A stretch of 64,000 nucleotides of DNA from an uncultured delta proteobacterium (GTDB lineage Bacteria; Desulfobacterota; Binatia; UBA9968), in assembly GCA_963771465.1 (NCBI GenBank), contig CAVYTU010000009.1:96001-160000 (forward strand), in the 5' to 3' direction. Under the pieces are notes generated by a model. It did no database searches. It saw nothing but the letters and a program-made list of their open reading frames with translations, and was not told where the DNA came from. Each line of letters begins with the position of its first letter. Position 1 is the first letter of the stretch. The position numbers and the translations under genes are program-made. Below are positions 53,907 to 64,000 of this stretch, piece after piece.

Positions 53907-54738
53907 CGTTCCTCCTTTGGAGAGGAGACAAACAGCAACCATTATGCCACCAGAACGGCGCTTCAGATTTTTGATGAAAGTCATTCCCGAAATTTTCAAT
54001 CGCCTGGGCTCTCAGGCTAACCCGGATAGCCGAGAAACAACCAGGAATCTGCTTAAGTTTTGATGGTGGGAGGTTTTTAGCCGCGCTCCCAACCTAGACA
54101 GTGATTTTCCGCGGCATAGATCAACGCCAATTCTGTCATCGTTGCCGTGTCGCGGCTGTGCCAAGGTGAGCAAACGCCGCCGTCCAACTTAATGTCTGGT
54201 CATCGAGTAGTCTTGACAGTCGGTCAACGGAGTGACGACAAATTTGACATGCGCCATCGGATCGCAAGAGAAATGTGCACTGTTTCTCGCAACTCCAGAT
54301 ACCCGCGCGCCGCAAACGATACGGCATTTTGATTGCTTTGAGCATTCTCCACCCCACGATAGAGAAGGAAAAGCGATGGCCATAATCATAAAAGAACCTT
54401 TTTCTCCTAAGCGACGTAATACATACAAGAGTGAATCTCTGATTAGTCTGATTGGGTGGTGGCGGGCTTTGTTGGGAGTCATTTCTCTGATTTTCTGGAA
54501 GGGTCAAAGCCAATAGGAACAATGTTTGATGGTTGCCGAGCCGCTCCTCCTACGATCGTTGTCCGAGGATATGACAGCGGAGATCTGTTTCGTAAAGATG
54601 CGCTCATTCGCATTCGAGAACTTGACCGAGAAATCGCCGAAGATATGAAACCTCTAAAATGATACTCTCATGGATTTGCGATAAACTTCTGAACTTTCGT
54701 GCGAACAATTCCGCCAAGTATTATTCTCCGGTGAGCAA

Positions 54739-55098
54739 ATGATTCTATTCGTCGATGATGACGCAGGAAGCCGACAAGCGTTCGCCAAGATCATTCGACT
54801 TCAAGGACACGAAGTCATGGAAGCGGCCAACGCAACTGAAGCATTAAAAATTCTGGATAGCTTTCACTTGGAGCTAGTGATCAGCGATTTCGTCATGCCC
54901 GATGTGAGTGGCTTTCAGCTTGCCGCGCACATTCGGCAAAAGTGGCCAGATATGCCGATACTCTTGACGTCGGGATACCTTTCACCGGAAATAGCCAAAG
55001 TCATTTCCGGATGGAGCGGAGCGGAATTTATTCCCAAGCCTATTGATGTACCGGCATTTCTAGCGGCAGTTGATAGGCTCGCATGTAGATCCAATTAA
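54739..55098 (+). CDS. Single-domain response regulator
   Basis: ILFVDDD, ISDFVMP, TSGY, FIPKP. Confidence 0.9.
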   Translation: MILFVDDDAGSRQAFAKIIRLQGHEVMEAANATEALKILDSFHLELVISDFVMPDVSGFQLAAHIRQKWPDMPILLTSGYLSPEIAKVISGWSGAEFIPKPIDVPAFLAAVDRLACRSN

Positions 55099-55694
55099 TT
55101 ATTCCCGAACTATTTCTCGCGCCTCTTTATCGTCGCGCAGCCCAACAAAACTGGCGTGCCTCAAATGCGCGTCCGGCGTCCATTCCGTGAACTCGATCTG
55201 GGCGACAAGCCGTGGCCTTGAGAACGCGAAAGTGTAGCCAACGCGTAACGAGGTTACATACGGTTAACCGCGCCCTTATAGAGGCCTCGGTTTTCTTTCG
55301 GGCAGTTAAACCCTCGTAGCGTCGCGCATCTCCTGAACAAAGTGGGAAACTACGGGTAAATTCAGGATAGTGGCTTATTCGTTGCTTTATGGGTAGAGCA
55401 AGAGCAACACAATTTCTGTGCAAAGGAGATACAAATGACCCCGGTAAAACTTTTAATATTTTTTGCTTTATCGTTCTGGATTGACGTCGGTGTGATGGTA
55501 TTGCTTCGCTCGATCTAGCTTCGACTCACACGGCGATCGCACCGCCCACTCGCGCCGCTGGTCTTCTAAACCAGTCTTCATGCTCGGGGACGCGTGTTGG
55601 CGTGTACCGTTTGAGCGCTTGACAACGATCCTAATGGCCATCGGAATTGGCATTATCTTCGTTGGGGCGATTGTCGAGGATGCGCAGGCCAGGT

Positions 55695-56087
55695 TCATAG
55701 ATTGATCCCTTCCGCCGGCCTGCGATAAATCAGTATGTCAAAAGCATAAAACTGAATATGCGTTCCGGCGCGGCTGTGCTGCAATGCATTGAAAGAAGCC
55801 CGTCCGTTCTCGTCGACTGCAACCACTTCGCCGTCGATTAGCGTGTTTGGCGGGAGATTCCCGCACGCTCTGGCGATACCAGGAAACCGGGTCGTGAATC
55901 CATTGCCCCGACGCGACCAGAGCGTAACTCCGCCGGAATACTTCGCCGCAAGGCAGCGGTAGCCATCGAGCTTTGCTTCATAGCTCCAGAGGTTGCCCTC
56001 CGGCAGCTCGCTAACGGCTCGGGCGTACATCGGTTCGATGAACGAGGGACGCAGTGCTGGCAATTTGGAAAGTTCTTTTGTGAGCAT
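55695..56087 (-). pseudogene. ATP-dependent DNA ligase (LigD/LigC-type), truncated
   Basis: FIEPM, EAKLDGYR (motif I), SRRG, IDGEVV, FYAFD; stops after ~125 aa. Confidence 0.85.
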
Positions 56088-56318
56088 GATGGATTAATCA
56101 AATTACCGGGGACTAACGGGCATCTCAAGTGGAACGGCTGGCTAAACATGGCAACGCAAGCGATTAATGTCGCGTCAATGCTGATTGAGCTCGACGGAGT
56201 TCCCAAATGCTGTCGGCCAATGGGGACGAAGGAAAATCCTACAAGTCTGAAGACTTTCTCTTACATAATTCAGTTTTTTGCACGTGCGAAAGGTTAGAAT
56301 TTTCTAGCATTTACATTT

Positions 56319-56333
56319 TGGTACGGTGATTGC
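56319..56333 (+). promoter_or_regulatory. Putative sigma-54 promoter
   Basis: TGGTAC-N5-TTGC (-24/-12 spacing), ~60 bp upstream of ORF 56391. Confidence 0.5.
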
Positions 56334-56390
56334 GTTTTCCCGCACAGGACGACGACGACCCGCTCCAGGCGCAATGACGGGAGGGACTGT

Positions 56391-56666
56391 ATGAACCTGA
56401 AAATCATTGGCCTCCAATCTCACGAAGACCATCAGAGTCTAGCTTATACTGTCATGTTCGATGACTTGGACCGTGGCCGGCGTATGGTAGCGCAAATATC
56501 AAAAGCCGCTCTTATCGATCCCGCTGCGCATCCACTTTGTGAAGGAATTGAGGTCGAGCCACAGGCGCGGCCAAAGATTCACTATGAGCAGTACGACACG
56601 GAAGCATTGGTTCGGGTCATCAAGAAATTCATTCGCGACGAAGCGAACCAGGAGCACTCGGAATAG
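56391..56666 (+). CDS. Hypothetical protein upstream of a SRAP stub
   Basis: GGGAGG RBS; its C-terminus recurs at 57638-57706. Confidence 0.6.
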   Translation: MNLKIIGLQSHEDHQSLAYTVMFDDLDRGRRMVAQISKAALIDPAAHPLCEGIEVEPQARPKIHYEQYDTEALVRVIKKFIRDEANQEHSE

Positions 56667-57709
56667 CTAATGTGCAACCGGACGGAGCGATTTCGTCTTA
56701 TCAGCATTTTATACCAGCCCCTTTCTTGGCACAGGTTGTCCAACTCTAATATCATGTGACAATAAAAATTACTTAATGTCGCCGATCTCTTTTTCGACCT
56801 CGTAGAACTGGTCTTTGGGGATGTCGAAGGTATTTAAGATGAGGTAGAGCTTCCCCATTGGATCGTCGTCGCCGGTCGCAGACGCCTTTGCGTTGTCCTC
56901 AAGCATCAGGGCGAGCGCCATGCAGAGACACTTGGACGCGCCGCTCTTCTGTCACTTCGGATAGTGTTCGCGCCACAGTCGGTCTATATCGCGGTCTTTA
57001 ATTTGATCCACTGTTACCGGCTATCACTCCGACCAAAGTATTTAAAGCGGTGGCGGGCGCGGTTGCGTCAGTGCTTTGCTTCATATAAAAAACGGAATCA
57101 TTACGTTTTTTAATCAATGTCTGTTGGCACGCGCAATGCTCTAACAGGTCGGTCAAATATACTAGCGACAATAGGCTACCACAATGCATGCATTTGAGTG
57201 CTGTCAGTTTGACCTGCTCTGAGCACTGCGGGCAAGATGTGTGTAATGCTCTGTTACAGATAATCAACCCCCGCTGCAGTCAAAACGATCCCAAAGACAC
57301 AGATCAAGCGCCCGCCCTCGACAGCAACATGCGACATGCCGCATAAACCGACCCCGAAAACCACCATGAGCAGACCGAGAATATTGGACAGGGTGCGCAT
57401 ACTTCACCTCATAACGACCATTGATCGTAAAAATGAACTGTACGATGGACGCCGCGGGTTTATCGCTAATGGGTTTGGATTGCAACCAGCGCAAAACACC
57501 GACGCCTGCAATTATATCTCTTGAAAACGACCCTGCATAGTGGAAACTTTTTTCTATCACAAGGAACGCGAGGGCTGAATGAAACTGAAAATCGTTGGTC
57601 TCCAGACCCGTGGAAAGTTGTGCTCTGTGAAATACCCACCGAAGATGTGGTTCGGACTATCAAGAAATTCATCCGTGACGAAGAGAACCGGGAGCTCCGG
57701 GAATAGCTA

Positions 57710-58420
57710 ATGTGCAACCGCGTGCGAGCCTCCTTCGAGTTTCGTGACATCAAGCTCCACTGGGATCTTGTCAACGACCTGCCGCAGTTTAAGCCTATCT
57801 ATAACGTCTCGCCCGGCCGCAAAGAAGCGGACGTGTTAGCCATCATACGCGGAGAGCGAGGTAACGAAGGCCGGCTCATGTACTGGCCGCTGATTCCGTC
57901 CCACGAAAAAAGCATGAAGCTTTCCTACAGCACGATGAATGCGAAGGTCGAACGGTTGCGCGAAAGCCGCACGTATCAAAGACTGCTGCAAAACCGCAGG
58001 TGTGTTATTCCGGTCGACGGCTTCTATGAGTTTGCGGGTGAAAAGGGATCAAAGATTCCGTGGTTTATCTATCTGAAATCCAAGGAGCCTTTTTCACTTG
58101 CCGGACTTTGGGATACCTGGAAAAAACCGGACGGCGGCATTCTCGATTCATTCACCATCATCACTTTGCCGGCCAACGACTTCATGCGGCCGATCCACGA
58201 TAGGATACCGGCGATCTTACATCCTGATGATGAAGAGACCTGGCTTAACTGCACGGGCAATCCTTTTGAAAAGGCCGAGCCTTTGCTTGTGCCGTTTCCC
58301 TCGGAAGAAATGGCGGCACATATCACGACCACGCGTGTCAACAACTCGAGATATAACGAACCGGATGCCGGCGCACCTATCGAGGATTTGAGCAGTTGGG
58401 TTCGCAAGGCCGGAGAGTAG
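57710..58420 (+). CDS. SOS response-associated peptidase (SRAP, YedK/HMCES family)
   Basis: N-terminal MC (Cys2), YNVSP, NAKVE, RCVIPVDGFYE, AGLW, IHDRIPAIL, VNN. Confidence 0.93.
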   Translation: MCNRVRASFEFRDIKLHWDLVNDLPQFKPIYNVSPGRKEADVLAIIRGERGNEGRLMYWPLIPSHEKSMKLSYSTMNAKVERLRESRTYQRLLQNRRCVIPVDGFYEFAGEKGSKIPWFIYLKSKEPFSLAGLWDTWKKPDGGILDSFTIITLPANDFMRPIHDRIPAILHPDDEETWLNCTGNPFEKAEPLLVPFPSEEMAAHITTTRVNNSRYNEPDAGAPIEDLSSWVRKAGE

Positions 58421-58423
58421 CCG

Positions 58424-58876
58424 ATGGATCCCGTCATTGTTAGTGCCTTGGCCGCCGTGCTTGGATCGCTTGTGGGCGGTTCCGCCACGTTCGCCACCGC
58501 GTGGGTTACGCAGAGGACGCTGAGCAAGCGTGAACTAATCGCTGGGGAGATCCGTACGCGTGAAATGCTTTACGGCGAGTTTATTCGCGCATGCTCCAAA
58601 CTCGTCGTCGACTCGTTCGAACGCGCACTAGACAAGCCGGAGACGTTGTTGCCGGCGTACGAGCTGCTCAATCGCATTCGGCTTTGCGCATCCGATGCGG
58701 TGCTTAGTCAGGCCGAGCAAGTGTTGCAGCGGATCACGGAACAATACTTCTCGCCCAATCTCTCGGTAGACGAAATCCGGGCCCTGGTTCTATCAGGAAA
58801 AACCGATGGCGATCCGCTCAAATCCTTTGGGGAGGCCTGCCGCCTGGAGATAAAATCCCTTCGCGCCAGGGCGTAG
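58424..58876 (+). CDS. Hypothetical protein with N-terminal TM helix
   Basis: GGAG RBS, 3 bp after the SRAP stop. Confidence 0.65.
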   Translation: MDPVIVSALAAVLGSLVGGSATFATAWVTQRTLSKRELIAGEIRTREMLYGEFIRACSKLVVDSFERALDKPETLLPAYELLNRIRLCASDAVLSQAEQVLQRITEQYFSPNLSVDEIRALVLSGKTDGDPLKSFGEACRLEIKSLRARA

Positions 58877-59146
58877 TCGTGATGCCAAACGCCTTATGTC
58901 GAGAAGAAACGTGCGAGTATTGGAAGCGCTCAGCATACTGGAAGCCGCGACCGTCACTTGCAAAAAGTATGAGCGACGACAAGCTAATTTGCAGCAGTCG
59001 GCCGCTGGTCCCTGCAGAACGCCGCAGGGTGCTTCGCTTTTTCCACTTCTATTCAAAGTGCAATGGCGCGGAGCGCGCCTGTGCAGCCAAGCTATTTAGA
59101 GTGATACGAGTTCGGTGGTTAAAATGCAGGGCTTGGGTCTCTAAAC

Positions 59147-60172
59147 CTACATACCTTTCACTTTCTCCCGCACCAGCCTGTGCGAAAAACACAGACTGGT
59201 AGTAGTGTCATCGAGGGTTTGGTTGCAAACGACGTCGGCCAGGATGTATTTGGGATTCCCGGTCTTATCAATAAATGTAGGTCTGATTTTGGCAAAATCA
59301 GTGATTCCCGTCGGATTATCCGGATCACAATTGCCACTACCACCGATCACCGGAACGATCCACCAGGTGTTAGGCCATCCGTTCGCTGAAAAAAAGTCCT
59401 CAGCTGTCTTCATAACAGTATTCACTTGTCCTTTATTTTGGCAAATTTGAGAACCTATCCCGAGCGTGCCGTTTAATGTATTGCCCGAGCAAGTTCCGGC
59501 GGTCTCGAAACCTGCCTTGATATCGGGTGCTCCCGATGAACAATCGAAAAAGGTCGTCCAGCAAGCGTTCTCGCCAGCGGGGTTCTCCCCATCCTTGGTC
59601 GGGTGTTGCATTTGTATCTTCACATTGTCTACTTGAGTGCTCCCATTGCAGATGCCTGACCACAACGCAATCGGGATCGCCGGCTTCGCTTGTATTGTCG
59701 CAACCGCACTAACGTTAACATCCTTAGTCCCCGCAGTAGTGATGCCCAGTAAATTCAGCAGCGGTGTTAAAAACACGGGGGTGGTTATTGCACTGTTATT
59801 GGTGGCTGTCTCCAGCGCTACTCGCACGCCGTTGGCCGTGTTTATGTTTTCCGCATAATTAGTGATCGTATTAGTGGCATAATCGTATTTAACGTAGCTG
59901 ACATTAGCGGCTTTAATCGGATTGGTTTGAATTTCGACGTAGTTATTTGTCGAATTGAAACCCATCGCTCGGTTTTCAACCTGCGCAGCGACGCGAGACG
60001 GCAACCCCGACACTGCGGCTAGCGCCGCAGCATCCACCGCGGCTTGGCCCTGATTTCGAACATACGTCAGCTGACCCGCGTCCAAACCGAGGCCGACGAT
60101 TATCATGAGAATGACAATCATTAGTGTCGCGAATATTAGAACTGCCCCCCGCTCATTTTTTATCGTTTGCAT
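59147..60172 (-). CDS. TadG-like (Tad/Flp pilus) protein
   Basis: NERGAVL prepilin-like start, TM helix, GLGLDAG..Q.AVDAAALAA; AGGAG RBS. Confidence 0.8.
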   Translation of the reverse strand: MQTIKNERGAVLIFATLMIVILMIIVGLGLDAGQLTYVRNQGQAAVDAAALAAVSGLPSRVAAQVENRAMGFNSTNNYVEIQTNPIKAANVSYVKYDYATNTITNYAENINTANGVRVALETATNNSAITTPVFLTPLLNLLGITTAGTKDVNVSAVATIQAKPAIPIALWSGICNGSTQVDNVKIQMQHPTKDGENPAGENACWTTFFDCSSGAPDIKAGFETAGTCSGNTLNGTLGIGSQICQNKGQVNTVMKTAEDFFSANGWPNTWWIVPVIGGSGNCDPDNPTGITDFAKIRPTFIDKTGNPKYILADVVCNQTLDDTTTSLCFSHRLVREKVKGM

Positions 60173-60562
60173 ATAGTCTCCTGAATCAGCCCGTTGCGCC
60201 GGTCGATCAATATCGCTTGGGCATTAACAGCGAACAACAGTACAGCCAAGACGCCAAAGTTATGAGTTTCATGGCCCGTGCTTGTATTCAAAACAGGATT
60301 ATGTGTCAAGAGGCGGTATTTCGTGGTGTAAATTGACGCACTAAAGGCGAACGGCGCAACGAACGGGAAAGAAACCAACTTCGTGAAGCGCTGCGAGTGG
60401 CGACTCGAGGGATTCAGCAGGCATGCGCCGTGCTACTCGCCGATAAGATGAACGAGCTCGCCGGCGTTTCAGAGAGAACGAGGCCGAGATCGATCATCTG
60501 CGGTGGCAGCTTGACGTCGTGCGGCGACCGGTTCGATAAAATTACGGGTTGAATTTGGCGGC

Positions 60563-61072
60563 TTATTTCGATTCGTCGTCCTCACTGCCCCCTTTTGTAA
60601 TTGTAGCGGCGCGAAGCCCTTGATCTCCGCTTTCCTCCGCATTCACAATCAGCGCTGTGAGCGTCGCGATATTCGCTGTGCTCTGGCCCTCTAACAATCT
60701 CCGCTGCTGAAAGACTCGATCGACCAAGGCGATTGTCGGGATCATTTGGCTATCACCCTTGTCTATTAGCTCGTGCAGCCGATGCCGGCCTTTGGCGCCG
60801 AGTAAATAGAGATCGCTTAGCTCTTTCTCTTTGATCTTTTCGACCATCTCACTGAGTGCCGGGTCGTTGTAAACGTCGCTCTTCAGATACTTCAATACAG
60901 TGTTATGGCTCCGGTCCATCCGAGCGGCGATAGACGTTGGACTCTCTCCGAGTTCGTTCATAGCCTTCATTCGCGCCAGTTCTTTTTTGCTAGGTTTTTT
61001 TCCGGGCACGGGTGAGTAGTCCTTTTTGCTTGAAATGGGAATCGGAAGGGAGCTGCGCACCTCATCGCTCAT
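60563..61072 (-). CDS. HTH protein of phage/satellite type (possibly terminase small subunit-like)
   Basis: GESPTSIAARMDRSHNTVLKYL (HTH); RRLLEGQSTANI near the C-terminus. Confidence 0.55.
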   Translation of the reverse strand: MSDEVRSSLPIPISSKKDYSPVPGKKPSKKELARMKAMNELGESPTSIAARMDRSHNTVLKYLKSDVYNDPALSEMVEKIKEKELSDLYLLGAKGRHRLHELIDKGDSQMIPTIALVDRVFQQRRLLEGQSTANIATLTALIVNAEESGDQGLRAATITKGGSEDDESK

Positions 61073-61252
61073 CGGTTTCCCCCCGCCCCGCCTCGATTTT
61101 ACTGAACCGGAACCGTTCCGGTTTTTGCGGGAATTGTCGGGTAAAACGCGGGACTTTTCGGGATTCGGGATTCTACTCCCCTACTCTCTTTAACTTCGAA
61201 ATATCAATTACTTTAGGCTCTTCGCTGTTGTCATCAAAATTAACCGTTTCAA

Positions 61253-61278
61253 GTTCAAATCCCGTCGGGGACGCCAAA
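61253..61278 (+). repeat. attR (tRNA-Glu 3' 26 bp)
   Basis: Identical to 48875-48900. Confidence 0.93.
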
Positions 61279-61281
61279 CAA

Positions 61282-61560
61282 TCAAGCAGTTACAGATTTT
61301 CCCGTTTCTTGCTGATTCTCTTCGGGACAATTTCGTGACAAAGCACGGAAGGCGTTCCTGAATTCGGCTTTTTGAAGGTTCTGATATTTTTTGTAACTGG
61401 CAACGCTCTTGTGCCCCGCTGCTAACATCGCCGCCGCAGTGGGAACATTAGCCGCCGCCCACCTAGAAATTGCGCAGTGTCTCAAGTCATGAAAGCGGGA
61501 GTTTTTGAGTCCCGCTTTCTTGCAAGCTGCGCGGAACCAGTATTCAAAAAGGTTCTTCGG
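61282..61560 (-). pseudogene. Tyrosine integrase C-terminal fragment of a further tandem element
   Basis: FRAACKKAGL..RFHDLRH..AGHKS..YKKY, directly beside attR. Confidence 0.85.
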
Positions 61561-62093
61561 TAAGCTGCGAGGAGATACTATGGCGTCCATTTTTTGTTAT
61601 AGAAAAGGCATAAAATTGGTAAAGCGCGCTTGGAAAGCGGTTGCTTTAGTTGAACTGGTGGTTGCAGCAGGTGCGCTACTTTTCATCTTTTCGCATTATT
61701 TTTCTTACTCCGTTTTCGTATCAAATCTCCGTCACCAGGCTAACGCTGCACACTTTGCCCAACCACGATAGTGGCGCCTGTTGATTAGTTGCTTGACTTT
61801 CTCCATGCCGCCTGCCTCCCTGCTCCTCTGATTATCACTTCTGCATGCTCAGGACTTTTCTCAAGTCACGTATCTGAGTTTCCAAGGCATCTAATGTTGC
61901 GGCGACACGATTCAATATTTGGGGGTTACGTTTCCATATCCTCCTTTGTAAAGGTAACGCGAGCGAGATAGTCGGCGTCTACCAGATCGCGCCCAAATGA
62001 GAGCTATCCAGAACTCTCCGCGGGAGCTTTTGTGTCCCTTGTTCGCATTTGCCTTGACCCTTTCGATAACCACTGCGGAAAAAATTACAGATG

Positions 62094-63101
62094 TTATCTT
62101 TTGGCGGTTGGGACGATTCTAGGCTGTTGATGTGCGGGCTTTACCTGCGCCTCCGTAAGAGGATCTAATTTAACATTGGTGAAGGATTTTGACAGCGGAG
62201 CCTTCAGCGATTGGCGAACAATTTCTGCCTGGATTGAAGACTTCTGGTCATTGACGTTGGTGATTTCAATCTTTGTTTCGGACTTTAACCCTCCCTCAAA
62301 CACATCAAACAGAGAGCGCGAACGGGCTGCGGCTATTTCGATGGTTTTCCGAATTATTTGGGCCGCTTCGATAACGGTCGAAGATCGCGTCATATCGCTC
62401 ACGATCAGTGCCGTGTAACCGTCGATGATACTTAGATCGTTATTTATATCGTGAGCTACGTCAGTCACAATCGCGCGTATCTTTTCAGACTGAGCTGTCA
62501 TTTCCGATGCGACAGCTCGTGCTTTCCACAATCGCCAGGAAGTCGAAGCGACCTCAGTTAAGGTCTTGAGGATGCGCACATCGTTTTGATCGAATTTGCG
62601 GCTCTCGTCGTGGGCAATGATCCAGAGAGTACCGATAGGGTTATTTTCAACTTGAAATGGGACGAGCAAGATTTCAACGATTGCTGGTTGAGATTTTAGT
62701 GCGGGGAAAGCCCGATCTACCCTACGCATGAGCAGGGCGGCGTTCTGATCGATTGCGGCGCCACAAGGACTTGTATCTCTAAGCATCGTGCTATTACGGC
62801 GATCACTAAACACTCCTGCGACCGCTTCCCAACGGATTACTTCCTGGCCATCCTTTTGTTCGAGTAAGCTAATTCCGGCAGAATCGGCGTGGCAAAGTTG
62901 CAAAGCGGTCTCGGCAAGCGATTGCCAAATTTGATCGGGGGAGCCCGCTAAAATCCGTGCGAGCGAAGTTAAAGACTTATTCTCGGCTTCATAATCAGGC
63001 AGTCTCGCAGGCCGACACAAAAGTTCGGAATTGATGATGACATCAGCTAATCCAGAAACTTGGTGTTCGGGATTATTCCCGCTGTCTTCGTAATTGACCA
63101 T
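62094..63101 (-). CDS. GAF-domain protein with HisKA-like segment (no ATPase domain; possibly truncated kinase)
   Basis: RPARLPDYEAEN..LCHADSAGISL..LLVPF..GTLWI..FD; AHDINNDL. Confidence 0.75.
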   Translation of the reverse strand: MVNYEDSGNNPEHQVSGLADVIINSELLCRPARLPDYEAENKSLTSLARILAGSPDQIWQSLAETALQLCHADSAGISLLEQKDGQEVIRWEAVAGVFSDRRNSTMLRDTSPCGAAIDQNAALLMRRVDRAFPALKSQPAIVEILLVPFQVENNPIGTLWIIAHDESRKFDQNDVRILKTLTEVASTSWRLWKARAVASEMTAQSEKIRAIVTDVAHDINNDLSIIDGYTALIVSDMTRSSTVIEAAQIIRKTIEIAAARSRSLFDVFEGGLKSETKIEITNVNDQKSSIQAEIVRQSLKAPLSKSFTNVKLDPLTEAQVKPAHQQPRIVPTAKR

Positions 63102-64000
63102 TCTTTTCCCGTCAGTCAGGTTTTATTTGGTAAGTTCCAGAGGCGCTGAGAATATAATATGAATGATCAAATGCAAGGATCATGTGCAAAGTGTAATTGT
63201 CACGCTTAAGGAAATACATCCACGAGAGTACGCTGCTGACGCCGAACCAAGCCGACACGTCCAGATCGCTGAGCTTCTTTTTCTGCAAACGCGAATCGAC
63301 AGTTTAACCTGATTTTGTAGGCGGTGACTTTTAGCAGGCAAAGTTGCCGTTCAATGGACGACGATGCAACTCCTCCAGTTGCATCTGATTCCACCATAAT
63401 TACCGAACCGTCCTTCGAAAATCAGGGTATGCTGCTTGCTCAAGTCTCCGGTGCCGGGGTGGGAAACCGCAACTGGAAATCACAGCTGGATTCTACATTA
63501 CACCTGGTCAAATTCCTGCCCCGGCACCAAATTTGGGAGGCGAGACAATGAAATCCAAAATGGACGATGGGTGTACATGCCCACGATGTCACGACCCAAT
63601 TCCTGCTCAGTTCTACTGCCGCACCTGCGGCTACCTGCCGGACTGGCGGCAGATGGCGCAGGAGAAGAACGAGGTATCCAGCGAGGCGGCATAGGCGTGA
63701 GCTAGTTAAGGAGCGTTGAAAATCTCTTGAGCTTCCATCGGTGGAGATGACGACCGCTGCAAGATCTCTACAAGCAAGCGAGTCTTGTCATCCCATCGTT
63801 CGGCTAACTCGGTGTTTGCCGTGATCGCGTCACTAACGCCGACTCATGCCGACTTATACTCAGGGACACCACCGAGCCGACAATCATAACATCCCTTGAT
63901 AAACGCGGATTAATCGCTCAAACCGCGTTGTTGTTCCCGTGCCTCATGCTCAACCCGTCTAAACTCTTCCATTTGTGAAAACGGATAGGCCGTATTAAAC

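Larger units (their letters stand above)
48875..61278. mobile_element. Integrative island in tRNA-Glu (~12.4 kb)
   Basis: 26-bp GTTCAAATCCCGTCGGGGACGCCAAA at 48875-48900 and 61253-61278; integrase remnant at the left end. Confidence 0.88.

Noticed and set aside
1-64000. CRISPR array, rRNA, intact prophage
   Set aside because: No regularly spaced repeat-spacer series, rRNA-like sequence or phage structural genes were seen

Overview
Bacterial chromosomal window. The gene content (many amidohydrolases, orphan NMT1/SsuA-type binding proteins, TctC, UbiD, XDH-family Mo enzymes) resembles Candidatus Binatia-like deltaproteobacteria, which is an inference. There are three zones. (1) 1-14.8 kb is a decayed accessory region: a large periplasmic-sensor/PAS/sigma-54 activator, IS91 and IS110 remnants, and an ompA pseudogene. 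A ~245-bp direct repeat brackets a translationally coupled operon of CDP-alcohol phosphatidyltransferase, class V PLP enzyme and PgpA, a candidate new amino-phospholipid pathway. (2) 14.9-42.3 kb is catabolic/housekeeping: nbaC, two XDH-family large subunits, UbiD plus an unannotated 48-aa zinc-ribbon partner, a TA pair, purU, phoD, amidohydrolase/SBP arrays and oppA-accB-accC-oppB-oppC. (3) 42.4-64 kb is an ancestral tRNA-Lys/tRNA-Glu pair pushed apart by tandem integrative elements. It has three tRNA-Lys att cores, including a 0.79-kb single-gene mini-element, and a 12.4-kb tRNA-Glu island whose integrase C-terminus is switched by the att site. A further element starts at 61.3 kb. All calls come from reading the sequence and recognising motifs; no database searches were run.
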